Positions 11,372 through 23,739 of a DNA stretch of 64,000 nucleotides are shown one piece after another. The stretch covers positions 21,328,001 to 21,392,000 of the forward strand of contig CATNEN010000038.1 of NCBI GenBank assembly GCA_950097015.1. Reading direction: 5' to 3'. The first letter of the stretch is position 1. Each line of letters begins with the position of its first letter. The notes under the pieces are model-generated. The model was not told the origin of the DNA, made no database searches, and was given only the letters and a program-made list of their open reading frames with translations. The DNA is from Macrostomum hystrix. Its lineage: Eukaryota > Animalia > Platyhelminthes. The position numbers and the translations under genes are program-made.

Positions 11372-13162
11372 GACCGCCTGACTTAGGGCAGCAAGAGAAC
11401 TCAGTTTGGGGAAGGCTGTAAGACAGCGAGACAGCTGGCGGGGTTCGGGACATAGACAGTAAAGGCGTGCAACAATCAGGCTTCATTGGTGGCTGGGAAA
11501 AAGCCCCTCCAAAAGTGTACAATGTCGCCACATTGAACGGACTGAGAAATGGTTTCTCAGTATACTCGGCAGGAGCCTGGGAAATCAATGCCATAGACAA
11601 AATAAAACACTAGAAACGAAAGGCCGCAGGAAACGATCCATTAAATTTAACGACTATCGAATATTAAAGAGGTCCTCTTCTTACTACTGAAGTTAGTAAT
11701 TAAGGACGTACTAATAATGGCCATAGACTAATTAGAAGTTCTTATATACGATTGAACCAAGGACCACTAAAAGAAGGACGAAGCAGATTTTCGGTGAAAA
11801 TGCACTAGCAAGATAAGAACTTTTCACTTTTTTCACATTGAAATGTTGCTAACGATTTATTGGAAGCAGATCCAGTGCTGTTATTTTAATATGTCTTACA
11901 AAACATGTTGCTTCAGCGAGTTTTAGATGGCTTCATTTATGAATAGTTGATTTTCCTTTTAGTCTCGTTTATTAATCATAAAGTATAATGCCATCATTTC
12001 AAGATCAGAGGAAAGTTCCTTTTCCACGTTTTTGCCAATCGTACGCTTATATTTACAAATAAAAATTTGAATGTGCCGCATTTACGAGGTCGTTTAGTAC
12101 TCACTATTACTCCTCGTACTATTTTCTGCTCCGTTTTTACTACTGAAATAGCTGCATTAACAATATTTATATTCAACTCAATTTAATGCCGCATTAAAAC
12201 TTGACCGTTTCACACTTCCAAGCTCAGGTTTTAGACAATTAAACACATATTCATTCGCCACAGAGGTTTATACAGAGAAATGTTAGTTGTCCTTGTCACC
12301 AAGGTCTTCGACAAGTATCTCGACGATGCTGTCTCGGACGGCTTTGAAAGTCAGTTCATCGCAGAGGGTGTAAAATGTTGATCCGAGTGGTGTACTTTCA
12401 AATCGGTCATTACCCATCGTTCAAATGCCCCCTATCGAACTGATCAATGCAGTTGGATTTTTACACGGCCCTCTAACCGTGCAAAGGCCAGCGTGCCTTA
12501 CCTCCACTTCCAATGCCAACAGCCCACCCGCAAATATCGATTGATGCACGTCAAGAGGCGTCAACAAATTTTACCAACTCGATTATGTAACTAATGAGTA
12601 GTGTCTTTACTTCAAGTGCTAAACTTCAAGTTCAACTTCAAGTTCAAGTTTACTTCAAGTTCTAAAGCTAAATTGAATCTTCGCAGTAAAGAGACCGTCT
12701 TTACGGCCAAACCTCAAACGAGACAGAGAGCGCAATGGGGGATGACTCACAAAGGCCCAGAGGGCCAGACGTTGTATTTGAACTTAACACTAGCGGCTGG
12801 AGAGAAGCGATCGATAGTAGGGATAGGGTTAAACCCCGCCTTAGATGTACATAGGCAGACAAAGGAAAGAGGCGAAAGGGGGGTTGGGGTACAATCGTGG
12901 AGAGTAGCAGGGGCAGGGGGAAGGAGGGGGGTGCAGCGATTTAGAAAAAAAGGACACAATCAGAGCAAGTACAAACAAGTCGCGTAACCAAAAGTCGCTA
13001 CAAGTACGGCAGCACTGCTATGTTTTCTTCTATTTATTGGCAAAAGTTTTCTATCTGTCCGCAACCACTTCAGAGCTAATCTGGCGCATTCAGGAGTCCG
13101 AGTAAGTCAAGCCAAGATCAACCTTCGGTTTCAGCTAACGAAAAATAGTTTGGCTTCAGCTA

Positions 13163-16148
13163 ATGGCGCAAGTGGCAGCTCTAGTTAGTCACTGGCCGAG
13201 TACAGTAGATCCATTCTCAGCTCACAGCACCTTCGCACTAGGTCTCTATGGAGCATTTGCCCAGGCACACGCAGGTGAGTCTCAAGATCCGTGAGATCTT
13301 ATAGATCCGTCACTAAATGGGGAGAATTGGGCTTGAGAGAAGTCGACTCTAGCTAAGATAGTTTTTTAGCTCTAATCCTTCTCTACGATAGATTCCTGGG
13401 CGCTATTTCTAAAAATAGAAAAAATTTCGCATCGTTCGTTACAAGTCTGCCTTTCCTAGAATTCTCCCATATGCGTCAGCTGCTATTTTTAGCAGCATAC
13501 GTTTCTCTGACGTCAGTTTCTAATTTTAGAAAGTCACGTGATTTTTTTTCCCGTTCCCTTAGCCAATCAAGCTTTAGGTGCTGATTGGAACGGTTTAAAG
13601 TAGGCTGACAGCCATGAAACATTGCACTGCCAGCAAACCACTCACCATCTTGCAGGCAAGAACATCCTGTTCTCGCCTCTCTCGATCTTCGCCGCGCTGA
13701 GCATGGTCCTGCCGGGCGCCCAGAAGGAGACTCTGCAGCAGATGCTGTCCGCCATGCACCTGATTCGCGACTCTGGCCAGCCGCCGCTGAGTCCGGCAGT
13801 GCTCAACCAGCTGGAGTCGGCGCTGGGCAGGATGCTGGCCGCCGCTGCTCCGGCTGGCGACGGCGGCGGGGAGCGCCTGCAGTCCGGCCTCCTGTCCGCC
13901 AACCGGGCCTTCATTGACGCCGGGCTGGAGGTGCGGCCGGCCTTCCTGGCTGCGCTGAGGGACCGCTTCAACGCAACTGTGCTCACGGTGAGATTTCGCA
14001 TTGATTGCTTTTGTTTATCTGACCAATTTTTTTCGCACCTGTATGTGTGTGATTGTGAGTCATAACTATGCCACAAGTTTCTACCTTTGATAATTGAACC
14101 TTGACATTGTTAGACTAGAGCAATGGCTAAAAAGTGCCTTGATTAACGACGACTCAAAAAGTTTTACCCAAAGGCTGCAATTCTAACTGCAGATAAAATC
14201 ATTCACACTGACAATTTATCACACCTACCCCATTCGGGCCATGTATGTAGCCAGCAGCCGCAGCTATCGTGCGGCGCATCTGAAGGCTGCGAGTGGCTGT
14301 TCAGTCCATGGACTGGGGGGACGCCACAACCCACCCTCGATTAACCCAGCAAAAATGCTGGCACACATTTAACAGCTGAGTGAACTGAAGCAATACAGAG
14401 TTTATTGTCTTGCCAAACGCCACAAATTGTTCCAGTGGAGTCAGGAATCGAACCCTAGACCTTCAAGTCGTGAGTCCGACGCTCTAACCACTAGGCTACA
14501 AACCCTCAGACCTCTAGTTTTAAGAGTCCAAAGCTTTAACCATGGGTTGCATGTTTCACGAAACTCGGCAGGCCGACTTCCAATATTCCGCCGATTCGGA
14601 GCGTACGCGAATCAACAAGTGGATAGCAATGGTCACCAGGGACAAGATACCCGAACTGTTTCCAGAGGACTCCATCACCAGTAGTACTCGCTTGGTGCTG
14701 GCAAACGCTCTGTACTTCAATGGTGAGCACACTCACAATCTTGGACTGAATAATAATCTATTATAATCTAATTATTAGTAAGATCATTTCAAAAGTGCTT
14801 GAATAACCGTTTTCCCACCAGCTAAGTGGACGCTGCCCTTCAATCCCAGTGACACGAGCGACGCACCCTTTGAGCTGAGCGCCTCGACTAGCGCCTCGGT
14901 TGTCGTGCCGATGATGCAAAGAGAAGACTACTTCCAGATTGTCAACTTCGACAATGTGCTCACCGGCGTGCGCTTCGAATTCAACGACTCCGGCTCCCAG
15001 CGGATGTCGATGCTGGCGGTGCTGCCAGAGCAGAGGCATGGTCTTGACGCCCTGCTGGCCGGCATGTCCGAGGCCGACTGGCAGCGGCTGGTGGATAAGC
15101 CCGGCGAGAATATGCGCGCTCATGTCAGCCTGCCGAAGGTCAGCACTGGCTTTGCGCGTCTGTGTTTAAGAAAAATATGCTCGGGCGTCGGTTGAGCATT
15201 TCTAGGACATAGTTGAGAACTAGTGGGCAATCGGAAGAGTTTACAGTTGCTCAGACACAGTACACAGTTTTCAGGACTTTGTCGAGAGTTTGTAGGAAAT
15301 TGCCGAGAGTTTGTAGGACATTGGGAAGAGTTGGTAGGACATTGTCGAGAGTTTGTAGGAAATTGTCGGGAGTTTGTAGGAAATTGTCGGGAGTTTGTAG
15401 GAAATTGTCGGGAGTTTGTAGGAAATTGTCGGGAGTTTGTAGGAAATTGTCGGGAGTTTGTAGGAAATTGTCGGGAGTTTGTAGGAAATTGTCGGGAGTT
15501 TGTAGGAAATTGTCGGGAGTTTGTAGGAAATTGTCGAGAGTTTGTAGGAAATTGTCGAGAGTTTGTAGGAAATTGTCGAGAGTTTGTAGGAAATTGTCGG
15601 GAGTTTGTAGGAAATTGTCGGGAGTTTGTAGGAAATTGTCGGGAGTTTGTAGGAAATTGTCGAGAGTTTGTAGGACATTGGGGTTTGTAGGATAAGAATG
15701 AGGATAAGAGTTAGGATATCGTGGGTGGAATACTGTTGAGTTTTTGTTATTCTGTCGATGTACAAAAAGCGGCCTCTCAAATGCTGGCGTTCTCACACGC
15801 TTTCAGTTGAAATTTTCTTCTTCGACGGACCTCTCAAACGCTGACTACCTTCCGAAGCTGGGAGTTCGCGATTTGTTTTTCGGCAGCGCTGACCTCAGCG
15901 GCATCGCCCTGAAACCTGGGGAACTGTTCGTCAGTGGCATCTTCCACAAAGCTGTGCTGCAGTGGGACGAGTTTGGCGCTGAAGGAGCTGCAGCCACCGG
16001 CGTGGAGGCAGGCATTACCTCATTGCCGCCAAGCATTGCATTCAACCAGCCCTTCCTAGTCATTGTGGCCCGAGAAGTCGCCGATAGTGACGGAGAAAGG
16101 CGCCAGGTGCCGATCTTTGTCGGTCGAGTGTCTGACCCCAGGGTCTAA
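13163..16148 (+). CDS. Serpin A, intracellular type; exons 13163-13274, 13656-13987, 14572-14722, 14822-15138, 15807-16148; predicted P1-P1' Thr-Ser
   Basis: NILFSPLSI, RLVLANALYF, MPMM, hinge EFGAEGAAAT, FNQPF..IFVGRVSDP; GT-AG phases consistent; no signal peptide. Confidence 0.93.
14230..14505 (-). mobile_element. tRNA-derived SINE in serpin A intron 2
   Basis: Reverse complement carries A-box TAGCCTAGTGG, B-box GGTTCGATTCC and the family body/tail. Confidence 0.85.
15275..15690. repeat. 21-bp minisatellite (GAGTTTGTAGGAAATTGTCGG) in serpin A intron 4
   Basis: About 19 tandem units; only a few degenerate units in the paralogous intron of serpin C. Confidence 0.95.
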
Positions 16149-16627
16149 GGCTGTCAGCCGGAGGGTCAAGTTGCTTCATGAGCTGAGTGGTGAATTCCAC
16201 CTTGACATTTTCTAACCTGAATTTAAAATTGAATTGACATTGGATATACAATAAGCCATTCAACAGTATTGCTTTGTGTTTTACGTCAATATAGGTTTTA
16301 ATATTTCGTATTTGAAATTATCGCTTCAAAATATAAAAATGGATACATTTTATCAAATACTTGCTATTTACATTTCTATTTTTGTCTCCCGAAATGGTCA
16401 ACCAATATGGCCATGGAAATCCAGATAATTGGCTAAAATGTTTCGCTCTATCCGATGAAAAACATCGGCATCTTGGGTAACTTTGAAGAACCTTGGCACG
16501 AAGTTTGAAAGTTAAATACTTATGACGGTAATAATTGCTGCACAGCATCGATGCACGGCCCACAGGCAAACAAGTAATAGATGTGGCATTCTTTTATGAT
16601 CCAGCGTGCAAGAATGCTTTGGAAGTC

Positions 16628-16775
16628 TCCTCTGTCACCTGTGTGACTCTCCCTCAGTTACATGTGTGACTCTCCCTCTCTTACCTGTGTGACTCTCCCT
16701 CTCTGTCACCTGTGTGACTCTCCCTCTGTCACCTGTGTGACTCTCCCTCTCTGTTACCTGTGTGACTCTCCCTCT
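16628..16775. repeat. 25-bp minisatellite, inverted copy of the 1190-1808 family
   Basis: CTCTGTCACCTGTGTGACTCTCCCT, about 6 units. Confidence 0.9.
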
Positions 16776-17636
16776 GGCGGAGACCAGCTGGCGGAGACCA
16801 GCAAACTGCTGGACGACCTTCAGGAGAAGGACGCCGAGCTGGACGAAAAAGAAGACGAGCTGGCCCGCTGCAACGCCTACTGCGACGAACTGCTAGAGGA
16901 GCTGGGCCGGTCGCGTCAGGACATCGCCCAGATTCGAGCAAAGGCCGACCAGCTCCGAGTTGAGAAGGTTGTGCTGAGTCGTAACCGAGCGGACGGTCAG
17001 AAAAGCCTCAACGAATGGGAGGAAATGAAGCGAGCGAACCTGCGACTGCAACGGCAGGCTGTCCACGCTGAGAAGGAGGCCAAGAGAGCTCAGAGAGAAG
17101 CCGCTGCGCTACGCCAGAGCCTCGAGGATTTGCAGGTGAGAGGATGGCATTAGACAGAGGCTCCGGGAAGATGCTTCATCAGTCGTCTAAGGTTTGATCA
17201 TATTGGGCCAGATGTGCAGATGAGACGAATGAAACTGACGCAGTTCGAACGAACGCATTTTTTACAGGCCGAGCATCAACGCCTAGTTGACGATTTTGGC
17301 GACGACTCGCGCAGTAAAAAGGAGCTGCTGCAGATCATTCGTCGGCTAGCCGAGGATAAAATCATCTGGGAAGCCTACTGCTCGCGGCTGCTGAAGCGGG
17401 CGGTCAGCGTGGCGCCGCAGCTGCTGTCCCTGGACCAGGTGGAACATCCGGCTGTTCCGGATGCAGCCGATTCTCACGGCGATCCTTCTAGCGAAGGTCG
17501 TTGGGAGCAACTATTCAACACCCTGTTGCATGCCGTCATGCAAAAAGATCCTCAGCTGGCTGAGTGTGTTATCGAGACCGAATCGCCAGACGCTGTCGCA
17601 GTGCCTTTGGCAGCGAGCGACAGCAGTGCTACATGA
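16776..17636 (+). CDS. Coiled-coil protein with C-terminal Rab11-FIP RBD-like motifs; 5' end unresolved (exons about 16776-17135 and 17268-17636)
   Basis: Heptad-rich LLDDLQEKDAELDEKEDEL...; CAG|GTGAGA and TTTACAG|GCC are phase 0; ELLQIIRRLAEDKIIWEAYCSRLLKRAVSVAPQLL resembles the FIP-RBD consensus (L..YIDxLL.RVME..P.IL). Confidence 0.6.
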
Positions 17637-17884
17637 TTTTTTAATATTTAGCTGCAAGTTTGTGGTTCTGATAGGGGCCATTTAGTAGGAGTGTATAGTC
17701 AGCAGTCTTCATTCAGCTCAATAGCTTGCATTGCTTACTTTCATATTTGATTCATAAGTCCCAGTTTGCTCACTATGGTTGCTACGTTATAGCTAGCTTA
17801 TCTACTATATCAGCAGCCAGTTTAACCTGCAGGAAGACTTTTGTAGCTCATTGTTTATCATCTCCACGCCTCACTCATGTTTTG

Positions 17885-18562
17885 TCGATGTCATCCACAC
17901 CCTGCTTACCAATCTACATGGCTGAGATATCCACCTCACTCCTTCTCTCACCATAGTGTCTTGTCTATGGCATCCACACCCTACTTACCAGTGTACATGG
18001 CTGAGATATCCACCTCACTCCTTCTCTCACCATAGTGTCTTGTCTATGGCATCCACACCCTACTTACCAGTGTACATGGCTGAGATATCCACCTCACTCC
18101 TTCTCTCACCATCGTGTCTTGTCTATGGCATCCACACCCTACTTACCAATCTCCATTGCTGAGATATCCACCTCACTCCTCTTCTTTCACCATCGTGTCT
18201 TGTCTATGGCATCCACACCTACTTACCAGTGTACATTACTGAGATATCCACCTCACTCCTTCTCTCACCATCGTGTCTTGTCTATGGCATCCACACCTAC
18301 TTACCAGTGTACATGGCTGAGATATCCACCTCACTCCTTCTCTCACCATCGTGTCTTTTCTATGGCATCCACACCCTACTTACCAGTGTACATTGCTGAG
18401 ATATCCACCTCACTCCTCTTCTCTCACCATCGTGTCTTGTCTATGGCATCCACACCTACTTACCAGTGTACATGGCTGAGATATCCACCTCACTCCTTCT
18501 CTCACCATAGTGTCTTGTCTATGGCATCCACACCCTACTTACCAGTGTACATTACTGAGATA
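17885..18562. repeat. About 79-bp tandem repeat between convergent 3' ends
   Basis: About 8 units of GTCTTGTCTATGGCATCCACACCCTACTTACCAGTGTACATGGCTGAGATATCCACCTCACTCCTTCTCTCACCAT. Confidence 0.95.
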
Positions 18563-18908
18563 GAAGAATAAATAGAACAATAGGAGTATGAAAATGAAAT
18601 ATGCAGTTAATTATCAGGTACACCGCATCGTTACCAGCTAAACTACGAGTAGAACAGAACGTCGTGAAGTCTTTGAAAACTTTCAAAACAACGTTTAAAA
18701 GTGAAGTTTTAAGGTATAATATATATTTTTTGTGAATAAAAGTATAATGAATTTAGTTTTCATTTGTTTTACCGAAGTAATGCACAGGTAAATAAAATAA
18801 CTCTAAAAGTATCGGAGCACAAAAAATGATAAAAAAACACGAAAACTTCACGTAAATCGGCCTTGAACTGTTTCTAGAAGCACGTCCTTCAACAAAGGGA
18901 CGTGATTG

Positions 18909-21900
18909 TCAACCCCTAGGATCTGATACGCGACCGATGAAGACTGGAACCTGGCTCAACTTGCCATCTGCGTTGACAACCTCGCTTGAGATGATCACAA
19001 TGAAGGGCTGATCAAATTCAATCAGCATTGGCGCCATTCGAGCACTGATCACTGCGGCACTGGCAGCAGAGCCTTCAGCGCCAAACTCGTCCCACTCTAG
19101 CGCGGCCTGGTGAGCGAAGCTGCTGATCCACAGTTCACCGGAGGTCTGAGCGATGCCACTCAGGTCAGCCAGACCTGGGACAAACAGGTCCGTGATGTTT
19201 AGCATTGGCAGATAGTCAGATAGCTCCACTTTACCTGCCAGTTTCACCTGAAATAATTGCATTCGATTTAGGGAATTATAGCCCAGTATGGTGACTGTAG
19301 CCAAGTAAGGGAATTGTAGCCTAGTAAGGTGACTGTAGCCAAGTAAGGGAATTGTAGCCCAGTAAGGTGACTGTAGCCAAGTAAGGGAATTGTAGCCTAG
19401 TATGGTGACTGTAGCCAAGTAAGGGAATTGTAGCCTAGTAAGGTGACTGTAGCCAAGTAAGGGAATTGTAGCCTAGTAAGGTGACTGTAGCCAAGTAAGG
19501 GAATTGTAGCCTAGTAAGGTGACTGTAGCCAAGTAAGGGAATTGTAGCCTAGTAAGGTGACTGTAGCCAAGTAAGGGAATTGTAGCCTAGTAAGGTGACT
19601 GTAGCCAAGTAAGGGAATTGTAGCCTAGTAAGGTGACTGTAGCCAAGTAAGGGAATTGTAGCCTAGTAAGGTGACTGTAGCCAAGTAAGGGAATTGTAGC
19701 CCAGTAAGGTGACTGTAGCCAAGTAAGGGAATTGTAGCCCAGTAAGGTGACTGTAGCCAAGTAAGGGAATTGTAGCCTAGTAAGGTGACTGTAGCCAAGT
19801 AAGGGAATTGTAGCCTAGTAAGGTGACTGTAGCCAAGTAAGGGAATTGTAGACTAGTAAGGTGACTGTAGCCAAGTAAGGGAATTGTAGCCTAGTAAGGT
19901 GACTGTAGCCAAGTAAGGGAATTGTAGCCCAGTATGGTGACTGTAGCCAAGTAAGGGAATTGTAGCCCAGTATGGTGACTGTAGCCAAGTAAGGGAATTG
20001 TAGCCTAGTAAGGTGACTGTAGCCAAGTAAGGGAATTGTAGCCTAGTAAGGTGACTGTAGCCAAGTAAGGGAATTGTAGACTAGTAAGGTGACTGTAGCC
20101 AAGTAAGGGAATTGTAGCCTAGTAAGGTGACTGTAGCCAAGTAAGGGAATTGTAGCCCAGTATGGTGACTGTAGCCAAGTAAGGGAATTGTAGCCCAGTA
20201 TGGTGACTGTAGCCAAGTAAGGGAATTGTAGCCTAGTAAGGTGACTGTAGCCAAGTAAGGGAATTGTAGCCTAGTAAGGTGACTGTAGCCAAGTAAGGAA
20301 ATTGTATCCTAGTAAGGTGACTGTAGCCAAGTAAGGGAATTGTAGCCTAGTAGACTGTAGCCAAGTAAGGGAATTGTATCCTAGTAAAGGGTCTTAGCCT
20401 AGTAAGGGGTTGTAGCCCACTAAGGGGTTATAGCCTAGTAAGGGGTTGTAGCCTAGTAAGGTGTTGTAGCCTAGTAAAGGGTTGTAGCCCAGAAAGGGGT
20501 TGTAGCCCAGTAATGGGTTGTAGCCCAGAAAGGGGTTATAGCCTAGTAAGGGGTTATAGCCTAGTAAGGGGTTGTAGCCTAGTAAGGGGTTGTAGTCTAG
20601 TAAGGGGTTGTAGTCTAGTAAGGGGTTTGTAGTCTAGTAAAGGGTTGTAGTCTAGTAAGGGTTGTAGCCTAGTAAGGGTTTGTAGCCTAGTAAGGGGTTG
20701 TAGCCTAGTAGGGGGTTGTAGCCTAGTAAGGGGTTGTAGCCTAGTAAGGGGTTTGTAGCCTAGTAAGGTGGTTGTAGTCTAGTAAGGTGGTTGTAGCCTA
20801 GTAAGGTGGTTGTAGCCTAGTAAGGTGGTTGTAGTCTAGTAAGGGGTTATAGCCTAGTAAGGGGTTGTAGCCTAGTAAGGGGTTGTAGTCTAGTAAGGGG
20901 TTGTAGTCTAGTAAGGGGTTTGTAGTCTAGTAAAGGGTTGTAGTCTAGTAAGGGGTTGTAGCCTAGTAAGGGTTTGTAGCCTAGTAAGGGGTTGTAGCCT
21001 AGTAGGGGGTTGTAGCCTAGTAAGGGGTTGTAGCCTAGTAAGGGGTTTGCAGTCTAGTAAATGGTTGTAGTCAAGTAAGGGAATTGTAGCCTAGTAAGGT
21101 GACTGTAGCCAAGTAAGGGAATTGTAGCCTAGTAAGGTGGTTGTAGCCTAGTAAGGGGTTTGTAGTCTAGTAAGGTGGTTGTAGCCTAGTAAGGTGGTTG
21201 TAGCCTAGTAAGGGGGTTGTGCCTTGAAGGTTGGCCCTCGTGGGTGTAAATTGCTCAACAAGCCCCCAAGCCTTCTCAGCACGGCTCACAAAAGTTTGCT
21301 AAAAGTTTCTATTCTAATTTAACGCACCTTGGGCAGGCTGACATACGCTTTGATCTCTTTGCCCGGGTTGTTGACAAGCTGGTTCCAGTCCGCCTCGGAC
21401 ATGCCAGCCAGCAGAGCGTCCAGGCCGTGTCTCTCCTCTGGAATCACCGCCAGCATCGACATCCGCTGGGAGCCGGTGTCGTTGAAGTCGAAGCGCACAC
21501 CGATGAGCAGATCCGGGATGGAGACGATGCGGAAGCGCTGCGCTTCGCTGCGCATCATCGGCACGGAGATAGGAGCTGCCGAGGCGCTCAACTCGAAGCG
21601 GCCGTCCATTGTGGACTTCGGATCGAAGGGCACAGCCCATTTGGCTGCGAGAATTTTCATCATAAAAAATGAAAATTGGTGTGCTGCTTTAAAACATATT
21701 TTAAGCACAGCTTGCCAGCTAAAACAGGTAGACACACGAGCTGCAACTAAAAATAGAGAATTTATCCAGCATTCTAATAATGCGGAAGTTGTCTGTGTTT
21801 TTCTCCTAGCAGTGCATCAGAATTTCCCATCTGTAAAGTGCATTTTCAGGACAAGATAGGTTAAAACTATTGTGCCCGTCCGCAGTCCATGGACTGGACA

Positions 21901-23353
21901 GCTGTACACAAGCTTTGCGCCGCACAAAAGCTGCAGCTGTGCCACTGCCCACTGGCTGTACATGTGGCTGACTGACTGACCTTTAAAGTACAGAGCGTTG
22001 GCCAGAACCAGGCGAGTGAGGCTGCTGATGGAGCCCTGCAGCAGCAGGTCCGTGATCTTGTTCCGGGTAGCCGCGGCAATCCACTCGTTGATGCGAACGC
22101 GCTCAGCTTCGGGATCGGCGCTGAAGTTGGCCTGCGGGATGGCGATGAATCGATCGTTAATGGACCGGAATAGAGTCAGGGCATACTAACGACTTGAAGG
22201 TCGGGGATTCGATTCGCGACTGCTCTGGATCAATCTGAGTCCTTTAGCAAGACACTAAACTCTGGATTGCTTCAGTAAACTCAGCTGTTAAATGGCTACC
22301 AGCATTGTCTGGGGTAACTGAGGGTGTGGCGTTTCTTCCAGTCCATGGACTGAACAGTCGTCAGAGCAGTCTTCAGATGCGCAGCGCAATAGCTGCGGCC
22401 ATTTCGCTGCACATCTGACCCAATTTGGGAATTTGTAATCAATTATCAATAGGAATTATTATAACTAAAGTATGAGCCCAAGGACTTTGATTAGAGGGAA
22501 AAAATTCTTACAATTCAACAACTGCTTCAGTGACAAAGCAATCAATGCGAGATCTCACCATGAGCACAGTCGCGTTGAAGCGGTCCCTCAGCGCAGCCAG
22601 GAAGGCCGGCCGCACCTCCAGCCCGGCATCAATGAAGGCCCGGTTGGCGGACAGGAGGCCGGACTGCAGGCGCTCCCTGCCGCCATCGCCAGCCGGAGCA
22701 GCGGCGGCCAGCATCCTGCCCAGCGCCGACTCCAGCTGGTTGAGCACTGCCGGACTCAGCGGCGGCTGGCCAGAGTCGCGAATCAAGTGCATGGCGGACA
22801 GCATCTGCTGCAGAGTGTCCTTCTGGGCGCCCGGCAGGACCATGCTCAGCGCGGCGAAGATCGAGAGAGGCGAGAACAGGATGTTCTTGCCTGCAAGATG
22901 GTGAGTGGTTTGCTTGCAGTGCAATGTTTCATGGCTGTCAGCCTACTTTAAACTGTTCCAATCTGCGCCTAAAGCTTGATTGGCTAAGGAGACGGGAAAA
23001 AATCACGAGACTTTCTAAAATTAGAAACTGACGTCAGAGAAACGTTTGTTGCTAAAAATAGCAGCTGACGCATATGGGAGAATCCTAGGAAATGCAGACT
23101 TGTAGCGAACGATACGAAATTGTTTCTACTTTTAGAAATAGCTCCTAGGAAATTCTCTATGAAGGACCCCAAATTTAAACGATGGTGTCTCTGAACAGAA
23201 CTAAAGCTGAATCTCACCTGAATCGGCCTGAGCTAAGGCACCGAATAGGCTCAGTGCGAAAGCGTTGTGCGCCAGAAAGGGCTGAACCAGAGTTGGTGGT
23301 CTTAACGCTCCTAAACTCACGTTTGCTGTTTCTACATTTCCAATCAGCTCCAT
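18909..23353 (-). CDS. Serpin B; exons 23218-23353, 22559-22890, 21981-22131, 21328-21644, 18909-19247; predicted P1-P1' Arg-Met
   Basis: Same internal exon lengths as serpin A (332, 151, 317); RCL EFGAEGSAASAAVISARMAP; FDQPF..VFIGRVSDP. Confidence 0.93.
19268..21220. repeat. Compound minisatellite in serpin B intron 4 (38-bp dimer unit, then about 18-bp GGGGTTGTAGCCTAGTAA)
   Basis: Tandem periodicity; the 38-mer is two diverged 19-mers. Confidence 0.95.
22190..22420 (+). mobile_element. tRNA-derived SINE, 5'-truncated, in serpin B intron 2
   Basis: GACTTGAAGGTCGGGGATTCGATTC..., TCCTTTAGCAAGACACT, CAGTCCATGGACTGAACAG. Confidence 0.85.
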
Positions 23354-23739
23354 TGCTTGATTGCTTTCTTAAAATTATTATTTCTCTTTCTTAGTGAAAT
23401 ATTATAGAAGCTTAAATTTTTCGTCGGCTCATCAAAGCTTTCACGATTTGTGCACCAACTTATATAGCCAATCTACTATACCAGGTCGCAATTATGTTTC
23501 TACAAATCCTGGTCTGCACATGCGAAGCACAATGCTCTGCTAAAGTCACCACTTCGTAGTCGATTAAATAAATATTGACAAACAACATGCACCTCATTTG
23601 ATTTATAATTAGTGCTGGCAAAACTGACGAAAGCACGTTGATGATACATAATAGTATTCTTACTAAGTTGCATGTTGAAAGAATCGATTAACATGTTGAC
23701 TTCAACTCGATATGCCAATCAAAAAGCTGGGGTCACAAC

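Larger units (their letters stand above)
12248..16470 (+). repeat. Segmental duplication copy 1 (serpin A unit); copy 2 at about 24460-28120
   Basis: Near-identical flanks, introns and exons in direct orientation about 12 kb apart. Confidence 0.9.

Noticed and set aside
13622-13655. ORF-track starts MHCQQTTHHL for the serpins (also 22924 and 25533)
   Set aside because: Non-ATG starts in intron sequence; true first exons lie upstream and splice in phase 1.
15213-15796. Four overlapping repetitive ORFs
   Set aside because: Artefacts of the stop-free 21-bp repeat in serpin A intron 4.
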